A stretch of 64,000 nucleotides of DNA. Source: Candidatus Kerfeldbacteria bacterium RIFCSPHIGHO2_12_FULL_48_17 (GTDB taxonomy: Bacteria > Patescibacteriota > Patescibacteriia > HO2-48-17). The notes beneath the pieces are model-generated. The model worked only from the letters and a program-made list of their open reading frames with translations, ran no database searches and was not told the DNA's origin. Both the position numbers and the translations under genes were made by a program. Below are positions 9,025-17,598 of this stretch, piece by piece; the first letter of the stretch is position 1; each line of letters begins with the position of its first letter. Location: contig MHKD01000042.1 in the NCBI GenBank assembly GCA_001818775.1, positions 41,022-105,021 on the forward strand. Direction: 5' to 3'.

Positions 9025-10161
9025 ATGCCAAAAGAAAACAAAGAAAAGAAAAATACAGAAATAAAAATAAAGGAGACGCCCTTTTGGAAAAAATACAGGA
9101 TCGCCATTATTTTTGCGACGCTCGCGATCATCATTGCCGGTACCGGCATCACCTACGCGTACATGAACCAATCCACACCACCGGCGACAGCGAAAAAAGA
9201 AACAAAAAACACCCAGGCGGAAAAAACCACCCCGAGCAACGAACGACACCTCGACGGCAGGCGAGTCGCAATAAAAGATGCCAATAAATATCCGGTGGCT
9301 GTAATGATTGAAAATCTCAGCCCGGTACGGCCCCAAGCCGGACTGGGACAGGCGCAGGTGGTATATGAATCGTTGGTTGAAGGAGGGATAACGCGTTTCA
9401 TGGCCATCTATGACCTCAGTGAAAAAATTGATGAAATCGGCCCGGTGCGGTCAGCCAGACCCTACTACCTCGAATGGGTTTCAGAATATGACGCTCTGTA
9501 CGCGCACGCCGGGGGGAGCCCGGAAGCGCTGCAGGCGATTTCAGGTTTCAATATACATGATCTGAACCAGATCGGCGGGGCACAGGGCTATTACTGGCGA
9601 AGCGACAGCGTCCCGGCTCCACACAACCTTTTTACATCCACGGAGTTACTTACCCGTGCCATAAACGATAACAAACTCGCTGATGTAGAACCGACCTACA
9701 CTCCATGGACATTTACCGATGACCCGGAGGACAACAAAAAAAGCACGGACAAAGAAGTCCAAGCAACTGCAGCCTCGAACATCAGCATTGATTTTTCGAG
9801 CCCTTCCTACAAAGTGGAATATGCCTACGACGCGACCACAAAAGAGTACCTGCGTTCAAACGGCGGCGTACCACACACGGACAAAAACACGGAACAACAA
9901 ATTCGGGCTAAAACGGTGGTGGTTGTCAGCATACCGCCGGTTACTGATGTCGGAGAAAAGGGCAGGATCACCCTGAGTATTCATGGTGGAGGACCGGTGC
10001 GCATTGCCCGTTTTGGCGAAGTGATAACGGGCACGTGGAAAAAAGCCGATCGCACGGCGCGGACGGAATTTTTTGACGCACGTGGGGAAAAAATTGACCT
10101 GGGTCGGGGAAATATCTGGGTGGAAATTGTTCCGGAGGATAAGGGAGTGGAATTTAAGTAA
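9025..10161 (+). CDS. DUF3048 (YerB-like) membrane-anchored protein, paralog 2
   Basis: Same motif set (AVMIEN, EGGITRF, GPVRSARPY, HAGGSP, APHNLF); N-terminal TM helix. Confidence 0.9.
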   Translation: MPKENKEKKNTEIKIKETPFWKKYRIAIIFATLAIIIAGTGITYAYMNQSTPPATAKKETKNTQAEKTTPSNERHLDGRRVAIKDANKYPVAVMIENLSPVRPQAGLGQAQVVYESLVEGGITRFMAIYDLSEKIDEIGPVRSARPYYLEWVSEYDALYAHAGGSPEALQAISGFNIHDLNQIGGAQGYYWRSDSVPAPHNLFTSTELLTRAINDNKLADVEPTYTPWTFTDDPEDNKKSTDKEVQATAASNISIDFSSPSYKVEYAYDATTKEYLRSNGGVPHTDKNTEQQIRAKTVVVVSIPPVTDVGEKGRITLSIHGGGPVRIARFGEVITGTWKKADRTARTEFFDARGEKIDLGRGNIWVEIVPEDKGVEFK

Positions 10162-10165
10162 TGCC

Positions 10166-10843
10166 ATGGAAGATATACTTACCCTGAAAGACCTAAAAAA
10201 AACATACAACATCGGAAAGTACGGTTCCTTTGATGTACTAAAAAAAATAAACCTGCGCATACGAAAGGGCGAATTCATTGCCATCATGGGTCCTTCCGGC
10301 GCGGGCAAATCAACCCTGCTCCACATGATCGGACTTCTTGACAGGCCGAACAGCGGCGAGGTGGTCATTGATGATCATAATATAGAAGACCTGAGCAACA
10401 GAGAACTCGCCCTCCTCAGGCGGAAAAAAGTAGGTTTTGTTTTTCAGTCGTTCAACCTCATGCCACGCATGACAGCCCTCAACAATGTTCTGCTGCCGGC
10501 GGTATATGCCAAAAAACCACGCCGTGAGCGAATAGAAAGAGCGCAGGAGTTGCTCAAGAAAGTCGGCCTCGAAAACCGAATGCACCATAAATCGAGTGAA
10601 ATGTCAGGCGGCGAAAAACAACGCGTTGCCATCGCCCGAGCGCTCATGAACGATCCTGACATCATACTGGCGGATGAACCGACAGGTAATCTCGACAGCG
10701 CATCCGGAGAGGGAGTGATGAAACTTTTCCACAAACTCCACAAGGAAGGGAAAACCATCATTGCCGTAACACATGACACGAGCATAGCCAAACAGGCGGA
10801 GCGAATTGTTCAGATCAAGGATGGGAAAATTATCAGTAAATAA
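10166..10843 (+). CDS. ABC transporter ATP-binding protein (LolD/MacB/FtsE-like)
   Basis: Walker A GPSGAGKST, MSGGEKQRVAIARAL, ADEPTGNLD; start set at ATG 10166. Confidence 0.95.
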   Translation: MEDILTLKDLKKTYNIGKYGSFDVLKKINLRIRKGEFIAIMGPSGAGKSTLLHMIGLLDRPNSGEVVIDDHNIEDLSNRELALLRRKKVGFVFQSFNLMPRMTALNNVLLPAVYAKKPRRERIERAQELLKKVGLENRMHHKSSEMSGGEKQRVAIARALMNDPDIILADEPTGNLDSASGEGVMKLFHKLHKEGKTIIAVTHDTSIAKQAERIVQIKDGKIISK

Positions 10844-10848
10844 ACGGT

Positions 10849-12099
10849 ATGCTTTTTTGGGAGAATATCAAATTCGCTTTCGGGGCACTCTTTGCGAATA
10901 AAATAAGGACCCTATTAACGATGCTGGGCATAATTATTGGCGTATCTGCGGTAACCATTCTCATCGGCATTGGCGATGGCTTACGCGGCGAGTTCAGTCA
11001 GCAGGTTGAAAGCCTTGGCTCGAATGTACTGGTGGTTACGCCCGGAAAACTTGATGAGAAGAATTTTAATCCGTCAGCATCGTTTGGGGTAAGCACACTC
11101 ACAATCGATGACCTCAACGCCATTCAGGAAAAGGTGCCTTCCATAGAAAAAAGCGCTCCACTTACCCTCCTCTCCGGCACCATTATCTTCAACGGCAAAG
11201 CCGTGGTGAATCTTCTTCCCATCAGCACGACGCAAAATTATTTCAGTATTCTGGAAAACGAACTCGCAGCCGGAAAATATTTTACCGAAGAAACTCTGCA
11301 GAATAAAGAACGGGTTGTGGTGATGGGAGGCAAGGCAGCGGAACAAGTATTTCGCGGCGGAGAAGATGATACCCGCACCGAGGAAGAACTGGCCAGGGAT
11401 GCCATCGAGAAAAAGATAGAACTTATCGGCGAAGAATTTACTGTGATTGGAGTAATGAAGAAAAAAGAAGACGCGTTGAATTTTGGAGGCTCCGACACGA
11501 ACCAGGTGGTTCTTGTTCCGAGAGACACTGCTACGGAAATTACGGGGGAAACCGTCGTGTACCGTATTATAAACAGGGTGAAATCAGCCGAGGACGTTGA
11601 TGCCACCAAACAGGAAGTGCGAGAAACCATCATAGAACAGCATCATGGCATTGAGGATTTTACCGTACTGACACAGGACGATGTTCTCAGCGTATTTAAC
11701 AGTTTTTTCAACCTGCTTTCTCAGGCCATTATCGGGATTGCTGCCATCTCACTCATCGTGGGCGGCATAGGCATCATGAACATCATGCTCGTATCCGTAA
11801 CCGAACGGACACGGGAAATCGGACTACGAAAAGCGATCGGCGCGAGCGGTGGCAACATCATGTTTCAATTCCTCGTTGAGGCCAGCGCGATAAGCGTGGT
11901 TGGCGGATCGGTTGGAGTTGGACTTTCACTCCTCTCCGGGCCACTCATAACAAAATTCTTTGATATACCAACAAAAATCACGTGGGAAGCTATCATCATA
12001 GCTTTTGGGATTTCCGTATTGACGGGAATACTATTCGGGATTATGCCGGCATCAAAAGCGGCAAGAAAAAGTCCGATCGAAGCATTACGCTATGAGTGA
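10849..12099 (+). CDS. ABC transporter permease (MacB/FtsX family)
   Basis: NKIRTLLTMLGIIIGVSAV, GGIGIMNIMLVSVTERTREIG, PIEALRYE. Confidence 0.95.
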   Translation: MLFWENIKFAFGALFANKIRTLLTMLGIIIGVSAVTILIGIGDGLRGEFSQQVESLGSNVLVVTPGKLDEKNFNPSASFGVSTLTIDDLNAIQEKVPSIEKSAPLTLLSGTIIFNGKAVVNLLPISTTQNYFSILENELAAGKYFTEETLQNKERVVVMGGKAAEQVFRGGEDDTRTEEELARDAIEKKIELIGEEFTVIGVMKKKEDALNFGGSDTNQVVLVPRDTATEITGETVVYRIINRVKSAEDVDATKQEVRETIIEQHHGIEDFTVLTQDDVLSVFNSFFNLLSQAIIGIAAISLIVGGIGIMNIMLVSVTERTREIGLRKAIGASGGNIMFQFLVEASAISVVGGSVGVGLSLLSGPLITKFFDIPTKITWEAIIIAFGISVLTGILFGIMPASKAARKSPIEALRYE

Positions 12100-12529
12100 A
12101 AATAAAAGAAAAACCGAAACTCCCCTGCAAAATTTCAACCTCCCACTGGTGAAAATCCTCACAACACTCACGTACTTCTTGGGCGTAATAGCGCCGGTAT
12201 ACTTTATTCTGTGGTTTTCCACCACCAGAAATCTTCGTACAGGAATCCCGTTTTTCGGTATCCAAAAATTTTTACTCGTCACGTCAATACTCACTTCGTT
12301 CATCATTGCGATAATCGTTTACGCAAACACCAGAAAACATCAGTCAAAAAAAGAGGATTTTAAAAAACTTCTGGACGAAAAAATCATTCCCGATAACCTA
12401 ACTCAAGAGTATGTTTGGCGAAGGTACCATATACTCATCAAACTGTACATTGGGTTGAGTATCTTTTTTTGGGGAAGCGTGTATCTTATCAGCGCCTGGA
12501 TAAGCACCATCATTAGACCACTGGTATAA
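12092..12529 (+). CDS. Hypothetical membrane protein
   Basis: 145-aa ORF with three hydrophobic segments, overlapping both neighbours in an operon. Confidence 0.7.
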   Translation: MSENKRKTETPLQNFNLPLVKILTTLTYFLGVIAPVYFILWFSTTRNLRTGIPFFGIQKFLLVTSILTSFIIAIIVYANTRKHQSKKEDFKKLLDEKIIPDNLTQEYVWRRYHILIKLYIGLSIFFWGSVYLISAWISTIIRPLV

Positions 12530-13683
12530 TGTCCACACAAAAACAAAAAAATTTCAACAGTGCGGTTGCTTTACTCGTCGGCACCGCTGTCGGAGCCGGA
12601 ATTTTCGGTTTACCGTACGCAATACAACAGGCGGGCTTTGGCATAGGCATAATAGAGTTGCTTGTGCTCGGGGGGATACTCCTCTTGGTCAATTTAGCGT
12701 ACGGTGAAATTATTCTCAGAACACCGCAAAAAAAACAACTCATTGGCTACGCGGAGTTGTACCTGGGAAAACCGGGAAAATACGCCAGCCTGCTAGCACT
12801 TTTCCTCGGAATCTATGGAGCGCTCATTGCCTACACCATTGAAGTCGGTACCTTCCTTCATGCCCTGCTCGCAAAAAACATCGGGGGAACACCAATGATG
12901 TACAGTTTGTCTTTTTTTACCGTAATGGCGATCATTCTGTTCCTGGGAATAAAAGTGGTGACCGGCGTCGAAAAAATCATGGTTATGCTGATATTTATAG
13001 TAGTAGCCGGTATTCTCCTGCTTGGTATACCGCACATCGACATGAGTAATTTCATGGGCGCCCATCCGGAGAAGGCGTTTATTCCCTTTGGTGTGATACT
13101 GTTTGCGCTGGCCGCCGGCGCAGCGATACCGACGATGCGGGAAGTGCTCGACAGAGACGCCAAAAAGCTGAAAAAGGCCATTTTTGTAGGCTCCTTGATA
13201 CCGTTCTTGCTTTACCTCGGATTTACGGTTATTGTATTGGGTGTTACCGGGCCAGATACAACCGAAAGCGCTGTTTTGGGCCTTGGAAAATATTTAGGCG
13301 AGTACATTCTCTTTTCCGGAGCGATTTTCGGTATTCTTGCCATGACGACATCCTTTGTATCGCTTGCTTTCGTACTTAGCGACTCATACCAGCGGGATCT
13401 GGGACTAAAGAAGAATACGGCCAAAGTTTTTGTACTGGTATTACCGCTCATGATGGTGCTCCTCAAGGCATTCACATTTATACAGATTATTGGCATTGGA
13501 GGCGCCATACTTGGGGGCACGGAAGGAATCATCGTACTCATGATTCATAAGAGGGCAAAACGGCTCGGTAAGCGCCAGCCGGAATACAGTATACAATGGC
13601 CCCGTCTTGTAAGCATCGGCCTTGTTTCCATCTTTATTCTGGGAATTATCTATCAAATAGGCGCATTTACGGGTCTTCTATAA
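12529..13683 (+). CDS. Aromatic amino acid permease family transporter (TyrP/Mtr-like)
   Basis: LLVGTAVGAGIFGLPY N-terminal motif, ~11 TM helices, LAMTTSF. Confidence 0.88.
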   Translation: MSTQKQKNFNSAVALLVGTAVGAGIFGLPYAIQQAGFGIGIIELLVLGGILLLVNLAYGEIILRTPQKKQLIGYAELYLGKPGKYASLLALFLGIYGALIAYTIEVGTFLHALLAKNIGGTPMMYSLSFFTVMAIILFLGIKVVTGVEKIMVMLIFIVVAGILLLGIPHIDMSNFMGAHPEKAFIPFGVILFALAAGAAIPTMREVLDRDAKKLKKAIFVGSLIPFLLYLGFTVIVLGVTGPDTTESAVLGLGKYLGEYILFSGAIFGILAMTTSFVSLAFVLSDSYQRDLGLKKNTAKVFVLVLPLMMVLLKAFTFIQIIGIGGAILGGTEGIIVLMIHKRAKRLGKRQPEYSIQWPRLVSIGLVSIFILGIIYQIGAFTGLL

Positions 13684-13687
13684 AAAC

Positions 13688-15184
13688 ATGACAACGCTGC
13701 CAAAAAGTGACTTCCGGAAATACCGCGTCCTTGAAATGCTGCCTGGCATACTCGTCTGGGCGACACTGATACTCAGTACGCTACTCTCTTTTATCAGGCC
13801 CTTATGGGTGATAATTTTTATTATACTTTTTGATCTCTATTGGTTATTGAAAGTTTTTTATCTTTCAACGTTCCTGATTATTTCCTACCGTCGCCTCAAG
13901 GCAACGGTAAAAAAAGATTGGTTCACTATCGTAAAAAAACACCCGGGTTTTACAGATATCGTACACCTTGTTATATTTCCGACATACGGAGAAAATTTCA
14001 CCATCATCGACAGCACTTTCCAGAGACTTTTGCAGAGTAATTTTCCTTTGGAAAAATGCATTATCGTGGTTGCCACCGAAGCAGCTGACAGGAGAGAAGG
14101 GGAACCGACGGCCAAAAAAATTCAGAAAAAGTATGAAAAGCACTTCAAAAAATTCATTATCACCAAACACGTACTCGATAAAAAAACGGAAATACAAAGT
14201 AAGGGATCGAACATAGCGCACGCCGGTCAGGAAGCAAAAAAATACATCGACGCTCAAAAAATACCCTACGAGAATATCGTGGTTTCTGTATTCGATATTG
14301 ACACCCAGGTGCATCGTGAATACCTCAGCTATCTGTCGCACACCTATCTCAATCACCCCAACCCTACGCGTTCAAGCTATCAACCCGTTCCGGTCTTCCA
14401 TAACAACATTTGGGATGCTCCGGCCATCGTTCGCGTGGCTTCATACGGCACAACCTTCTGGCTCATGGGCGAGCAGATCCGACCGGAAAAACTTTTCACC
14501 TTCTCCTCGCACAGCATGAGCTTTCAGGCCCTTGTTGACGTTGGTTTCTGGTCAAAAGACGTTGTTTCAGAAGACTCACGAATCTTCATTCAATGCCTGC
14601 TGGAATACGACGGGGATTACACACTCACGCCGCTCTATATTCCCGTCTCCATGGACAGTGTTCTCAGTAAAACACGCATCGGTACCCTGGCGGCACTCTA
14701 CAAACAGCAAAGACGCTGGGCATGGGGATGCGAGAACATACCGTTCATGCTCTGGAACTTCACAAAGAACAAAACCATGCCATTCCGTCAAAAATTCCGC
14801 TATGTATTCACGCAAATCGAAGGTATGCACTCATGGGCCACGGCGGCGCTCATCATCACGGTCATAGGCCGACTGCCGCTTTGGTTCGCCGGAGAAACCA
14901 TACAGACCAGCGTTCTCTTTCAAAACACGCCACAGCTCCTCAACTGGATGATGAACTTCGCCCTGATTGGACTTATTTTATCCGTCATCTTCAGCACCGC
15001 CCTCTTACCACCGATCCCCAAAAAGCACGCAAAAATGAAATATATAACGATCATTCTGCAATGGGTACTGCTGCCGGTATCCCTCATTATCTTCGGCGCC
15101 ATTCCGGCGATCGAAGCGCAAACAAGACTCCTAATCGGAAAATACCTGGGCTTTACGGTCACCGAAAAAACACGCAAAGAATAA
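13688..15184 (+). CDS. Membrane-bound GT2 glycosyltransferase (processive-type QxxRW motif)
   Basis: FDID (DxD), SED, QQRRWAWG; TM helices at both ends. Confidence 0.85.
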   Translation: MTTLPKSDFRKYRVLEMLPGILVWATLILSTLLSFIRPLWVIIFIILFDLYWLLKVFYLSTFLIISYRRLKATVKKDWFTIVKKHPGFTDIVHLVIFPTYGENFTIIDSTFQRLLQSNFPLEKCIIVVATEAADRREGEPTAKKIQKKYEKHFKKFIITKHVLDKKTEIQSKGSNIAHAGQEAKKYIDAQKIPYENIVVSVFDIDTQVHREYLSYLSHTYLNHPNPTRSSYQPVPVFHNNIWDAPAIVRVASYGTTFWLMGEQIRPEKLFTFSSHSMSFQALVDVGFWSKDVVSEDSRIFIQCLLEYDGDYTLTPLYIPVSMDSVLSKTRIGTLAALYKQQRRWAWGCENIPFMLWNFTKNKTMPFRQKFRYVFTQIEGMHSWATAALIITVIGRLPLWFAGETIQTSVLFQNTPQLLNWMMNFALIGLILSVIFSTALLPPIPKKHAKMKYITIILQWVLLPVSLIIFGAIPAIEAQTRLLIGKYLGFTVTEKTRKE

Positions 15185-15186
15185 AT

Positions 15187-15957
15187 ATGTCAGATCAGAA
15201 AACACCAAAAATTTCCGTCGTTATTCCGGCATATAATGAAGTCAAAAAAATCAGGCGATGTCTTACGGCTCTGCAAAAACAAAGCATAAGAGACCCCTAC
15301 GAGATTATCGTTGTTGACAATGGCAGCAGTGATGATACGGCGCCAGTTGCCCGCAAGTTTGGTGTTACGGTCCTTGAAGAAAAAACCCGGGGTGTAGCCT
15401 GTGCCCGGCAGAGGGGTTTTCAGGCGGCGCGGGGGGACATAATTGCCAGTACCGATGCCGATACGATCGTTCCCCCTGATTGGCTGCAAACAATACAAAA
15501 CGCCATGGCTGATCCAAAACGCGTCGGTGTCATGGGTACTTTTTTATTCTACGACCGGGGAAAAATATGGAATGGTTTGACAAAAATAATAACACCGGCT
15601 ATCCGCTTCATTGACTGGATCGTTGGTCATGGACAAAATCATTTTATCGGAATGAATTTTGCCGTCAGAAAGGAAGCCTTCAGAAAAAGTGCGGGGTTCA
15701 ACACCAACCTCAAATACGGTGAAGATATCGATCTTGCAAAAAAAATGAAAAAGTACGGCCGAATAGCGTATATAAAAAAAATGAGGGTCCTTACGCACTC
15801 GCGCCGGTATCAGCTCAACCTGGCATTCGCGAAGTATGTGGTGAACTTTATAAAGACAGACATTACCGGAAAACCATTTCGCAATGAGTTACCGAAAATA
15901 GAGGGAAAAAAGGAAGAAAAAATCCGAAAAAACGAAACTCACTCAGACGCTAGATAA
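15187..15957 (+). CDS. GT2 glycosyltransferase
   Basis: MSDQKTPKISVVIPAYNE, VVDNGSSDDT, TDAD, GEDID; true start at 15187, not 14722. Confidence 0.9.
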   Translation: MSDQKTPKISVVIPAYNEVKKIRRCLTALQKQSIRDPYEIIVVDNGSSDDTAPVARKFGVTVLEEKTRGVACARQRGFQAARGDIIASTDADTIVPPDWLQTIQNAMADPKRVGVMGTFLFYDRGKIWNGLTKIITPAIRFIDWIVGHGQNHFIGMNFAVRKEAFRKSAGFNTNLKYGEDIDLAKKMKKYGRIAYIKKMRVLTHSRRYQLNLAFAKYVVNFIKTDITGKPFRNELPKIEGKKEEKIRKNETHSDAR

Positions 15958-16915
15958 TATCGACGCCGAAACCCCGTATAAACTCGCTTGCGGACATCAC
16001 TTTCCCGCCGGCGGGTTGTATTTTTTCTATGAGAAGTTGTGTCTGCCGGGCACAGGGAACAACCAGAGCGTCGGACACGTCGGACAGGACACCGGAATCC
16101 TGACTTCCCTGGGCGCGTGCCTGAACAAGTCTTAGGCGCAAACCGTCTTTTTGACGCACATGAAACACTCCTGGCCATAAAGCAAACGCCCGAATTTTTC
16201 GTTCGATCTCGGTCGCCGGTTCGGAAAAATCAACCCGGCCATCTTCCTTTGTGAGAAGCCGACTGTAGGTTGCCTTTGCGTCATCCTGGGGAACCGGGAT
16301 GACTCTCTGGTCAAGGTACTGCGGCAAAACACGGTCAAGATCACGCGCCCCGAGCTCAAAAAGAGTGCGCGATAAAGAAAAAAAGTCTTCCTGCGGGAGC
16401 AGTATATGGCTGCTTTGAGAAAGTATCGGTCCGGTATCCATGCGGACATCCATCTTCATAATGGTTACCCCGGTTGGTGAGGTATTGTGCCACAAAGCAA
16501 ACTGCAAAGGCGACGGCCCCCGCCAGACCGGAAGAAGGGAAGGATGAATATTGAGAAACCCGCTCGGGGGAAGGGACAGTATACCTTCAGGAATAATTTT
16601 TCCGTACGCAGCCGTCACAGCAACATCGGGGGATAATTTTCGCAGAATAGCAGCAACACGGGGATCCTGAAGTTTTTCCGGTTGAAAAACCGGTATGCCG
16701 TGCTGTTCGGCCGAAAGTTTCACCGGAGTTGACCGGAGCGCCTTACCCCGACCCTGAGGTTTATCAGGCTGCGTAAAAACCCCGACGACGGCATACCGGG
16801 GATTTTCAACGAGCACCCGCAAACAAGGTAAAACAAAATCAGGCGTACCGAAAAATACAACCCGAACCGGCTCAATATGGGTCTGTCGCCGAATACGCTT
16901 TCGTGACGAAATCAT
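15950..16915 (-). CDS. fmt: Methionyl-tRNA formyltransferase; 5' end interrupted by MITE copy 2, start taken at the element-borne ATG
   Basis: VVFFGTPDF, TQPDKPQGRG, AAYGKII, NIHPSLLP.WRGPSP, MDTGPI. The original ATG at 17052 is separated from the gene body by the 167-bp insertion. Confidence 0.9.
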   Translation of the reverse strand: MISSRKRIRRQTHIEPVRVVFFGTPDFVLPCLRVLVENPRYAVVGVFTQPDKPQGRGKALRSTPVKLSAEQHGIPVFQPEKLQDPRVAAILRKLSPDVAVTAAYGKIIPEGILSLPPSGFLNIHPSLLPVWRGPSPLQFALWHNTSPTGVTIMKMDVRMDTGPILSQSSHILLPQEDFFSLSRTLFELGARDLDRVLPQYLDQRVIPVPQDDAKATYSRLLTKEDGRVDFSEPATEIERKIRAFALWPGVFHVRQKDGLRLRLVQARAQGSQDSGVLSDVSDALVVPCARQTQLLIEKIQPAGGKVMSASEFIRGFGVDII

Positions 16916-17040
16916 GGAATTTTGTGACAGAATTGCTGAATAAATTTTGAGGTTTATATGGAATATAAGCCGAAAAATTTTGAAACGGTTCTGGCCAAAA
17001 TTCCATGATTGCAGCAGAAATGGTATTCGGCGACAGACCC
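16879..17040 (-). mobile_element. 162-bp MITE-like inverted-repeat element, copy 2 (inserted in fmt codons 3-4)
   Basis: Perfect 18-bp TIRs GGGTCTGTCGCCGAATAC / GTATTCGGCGACAGACCC; direct repeat AATAT at 16874-16878 and 17041-17045; reverse complement of copy 1 with 2 substitutions. Confidence 0.93.
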
Positions 17041-17048
17041 AATATGCG

Positions 17049-17576
17049 TCATATACGTGTGCGTGAAGGGTCACCACCTGCGCCGCCAGCCGCGCCATCC
17101 TTAAGACCGCCGCTGACAATACGCTCGGCCTTATCAATAAAAAGAATACCGTTTAAGTGATCGACCTCGTGCTGAAAAACCTTTGCTGTGAGACCGGTAG
17201 CCTTGACATCAACAGGTTTACCGTGCCTGTCAAGAGCCTTAAGACGAACCTTCACGGGTCTCTTTACCAGGCCATATACACCCGGCACAGACAAACACCC
17301 TTCTTCCATATAGGTTTCACGTTGCGAAAAAGAAACAATCTTTGGATTCACAAAAACCTGGGCATCGTGACGGGTTTTCCCGCCCAAAACAAAAACCTGG
17401 TGCGGTGTGCCCACCTGTGTGGCGGCAATACCGATACCATCATCAGCAATCATGGTATCGGTGAGATCCTCAATAAGCGCCTGTACTTCTTTGCTGCGCA
17501 GCTTTTCAAGGGTGATGTTTTTTGCCACCTCACGCAGCCGTTTATCGGGATGTTTTAATACGGGAAGTATGCTCAT
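17049..17576 (-). CDS. def: Peptide deformylase
   Basis: GIGIAATQVG, EGCLS, QHEVDHLNG; start at ATG 17576. Confidence 0.97.
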   Translation of the reverse strand: MSILPVLKHPDKRLREVAKNITLEKLRSKEVQALIEDLTDTMIADDGIGIAATQVGTPHQVFVLGGKTRHDAQVFVNPKIVSFSQRETYMEEGCLSVPGVYGLVKRPVKVRLKALDRHGKPVDVKATGLTAKVFQHEVDHLNGILFIDKAERIVSGGLKDGAAGGAGGDPSRTRI

Positions 17577-17598
17577 ATCGGTAGTAATCCTAAATGTA

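Noticed and set aside
8365-9531. DGR template/variable repeat pair
   Set aside because: Too short, the mismatch is not adenine-specific, and there is no reverse transcriptase in the window.
14722-15186. 155-aa N-terminal extension of the GT2 ORF
   Set aside because: Out-of-frame overlap with the upstream GT2; the GT2 fold starts at ATG 15187.
16916-17137. Long fmt N-terminus reading through the whole element from 17137
   Set aside because: The start lies inside def in another frame; the reconstructed empty site points to 17052 as the ancestral start. The frame is open through the element, so it cannot be fully excluded.
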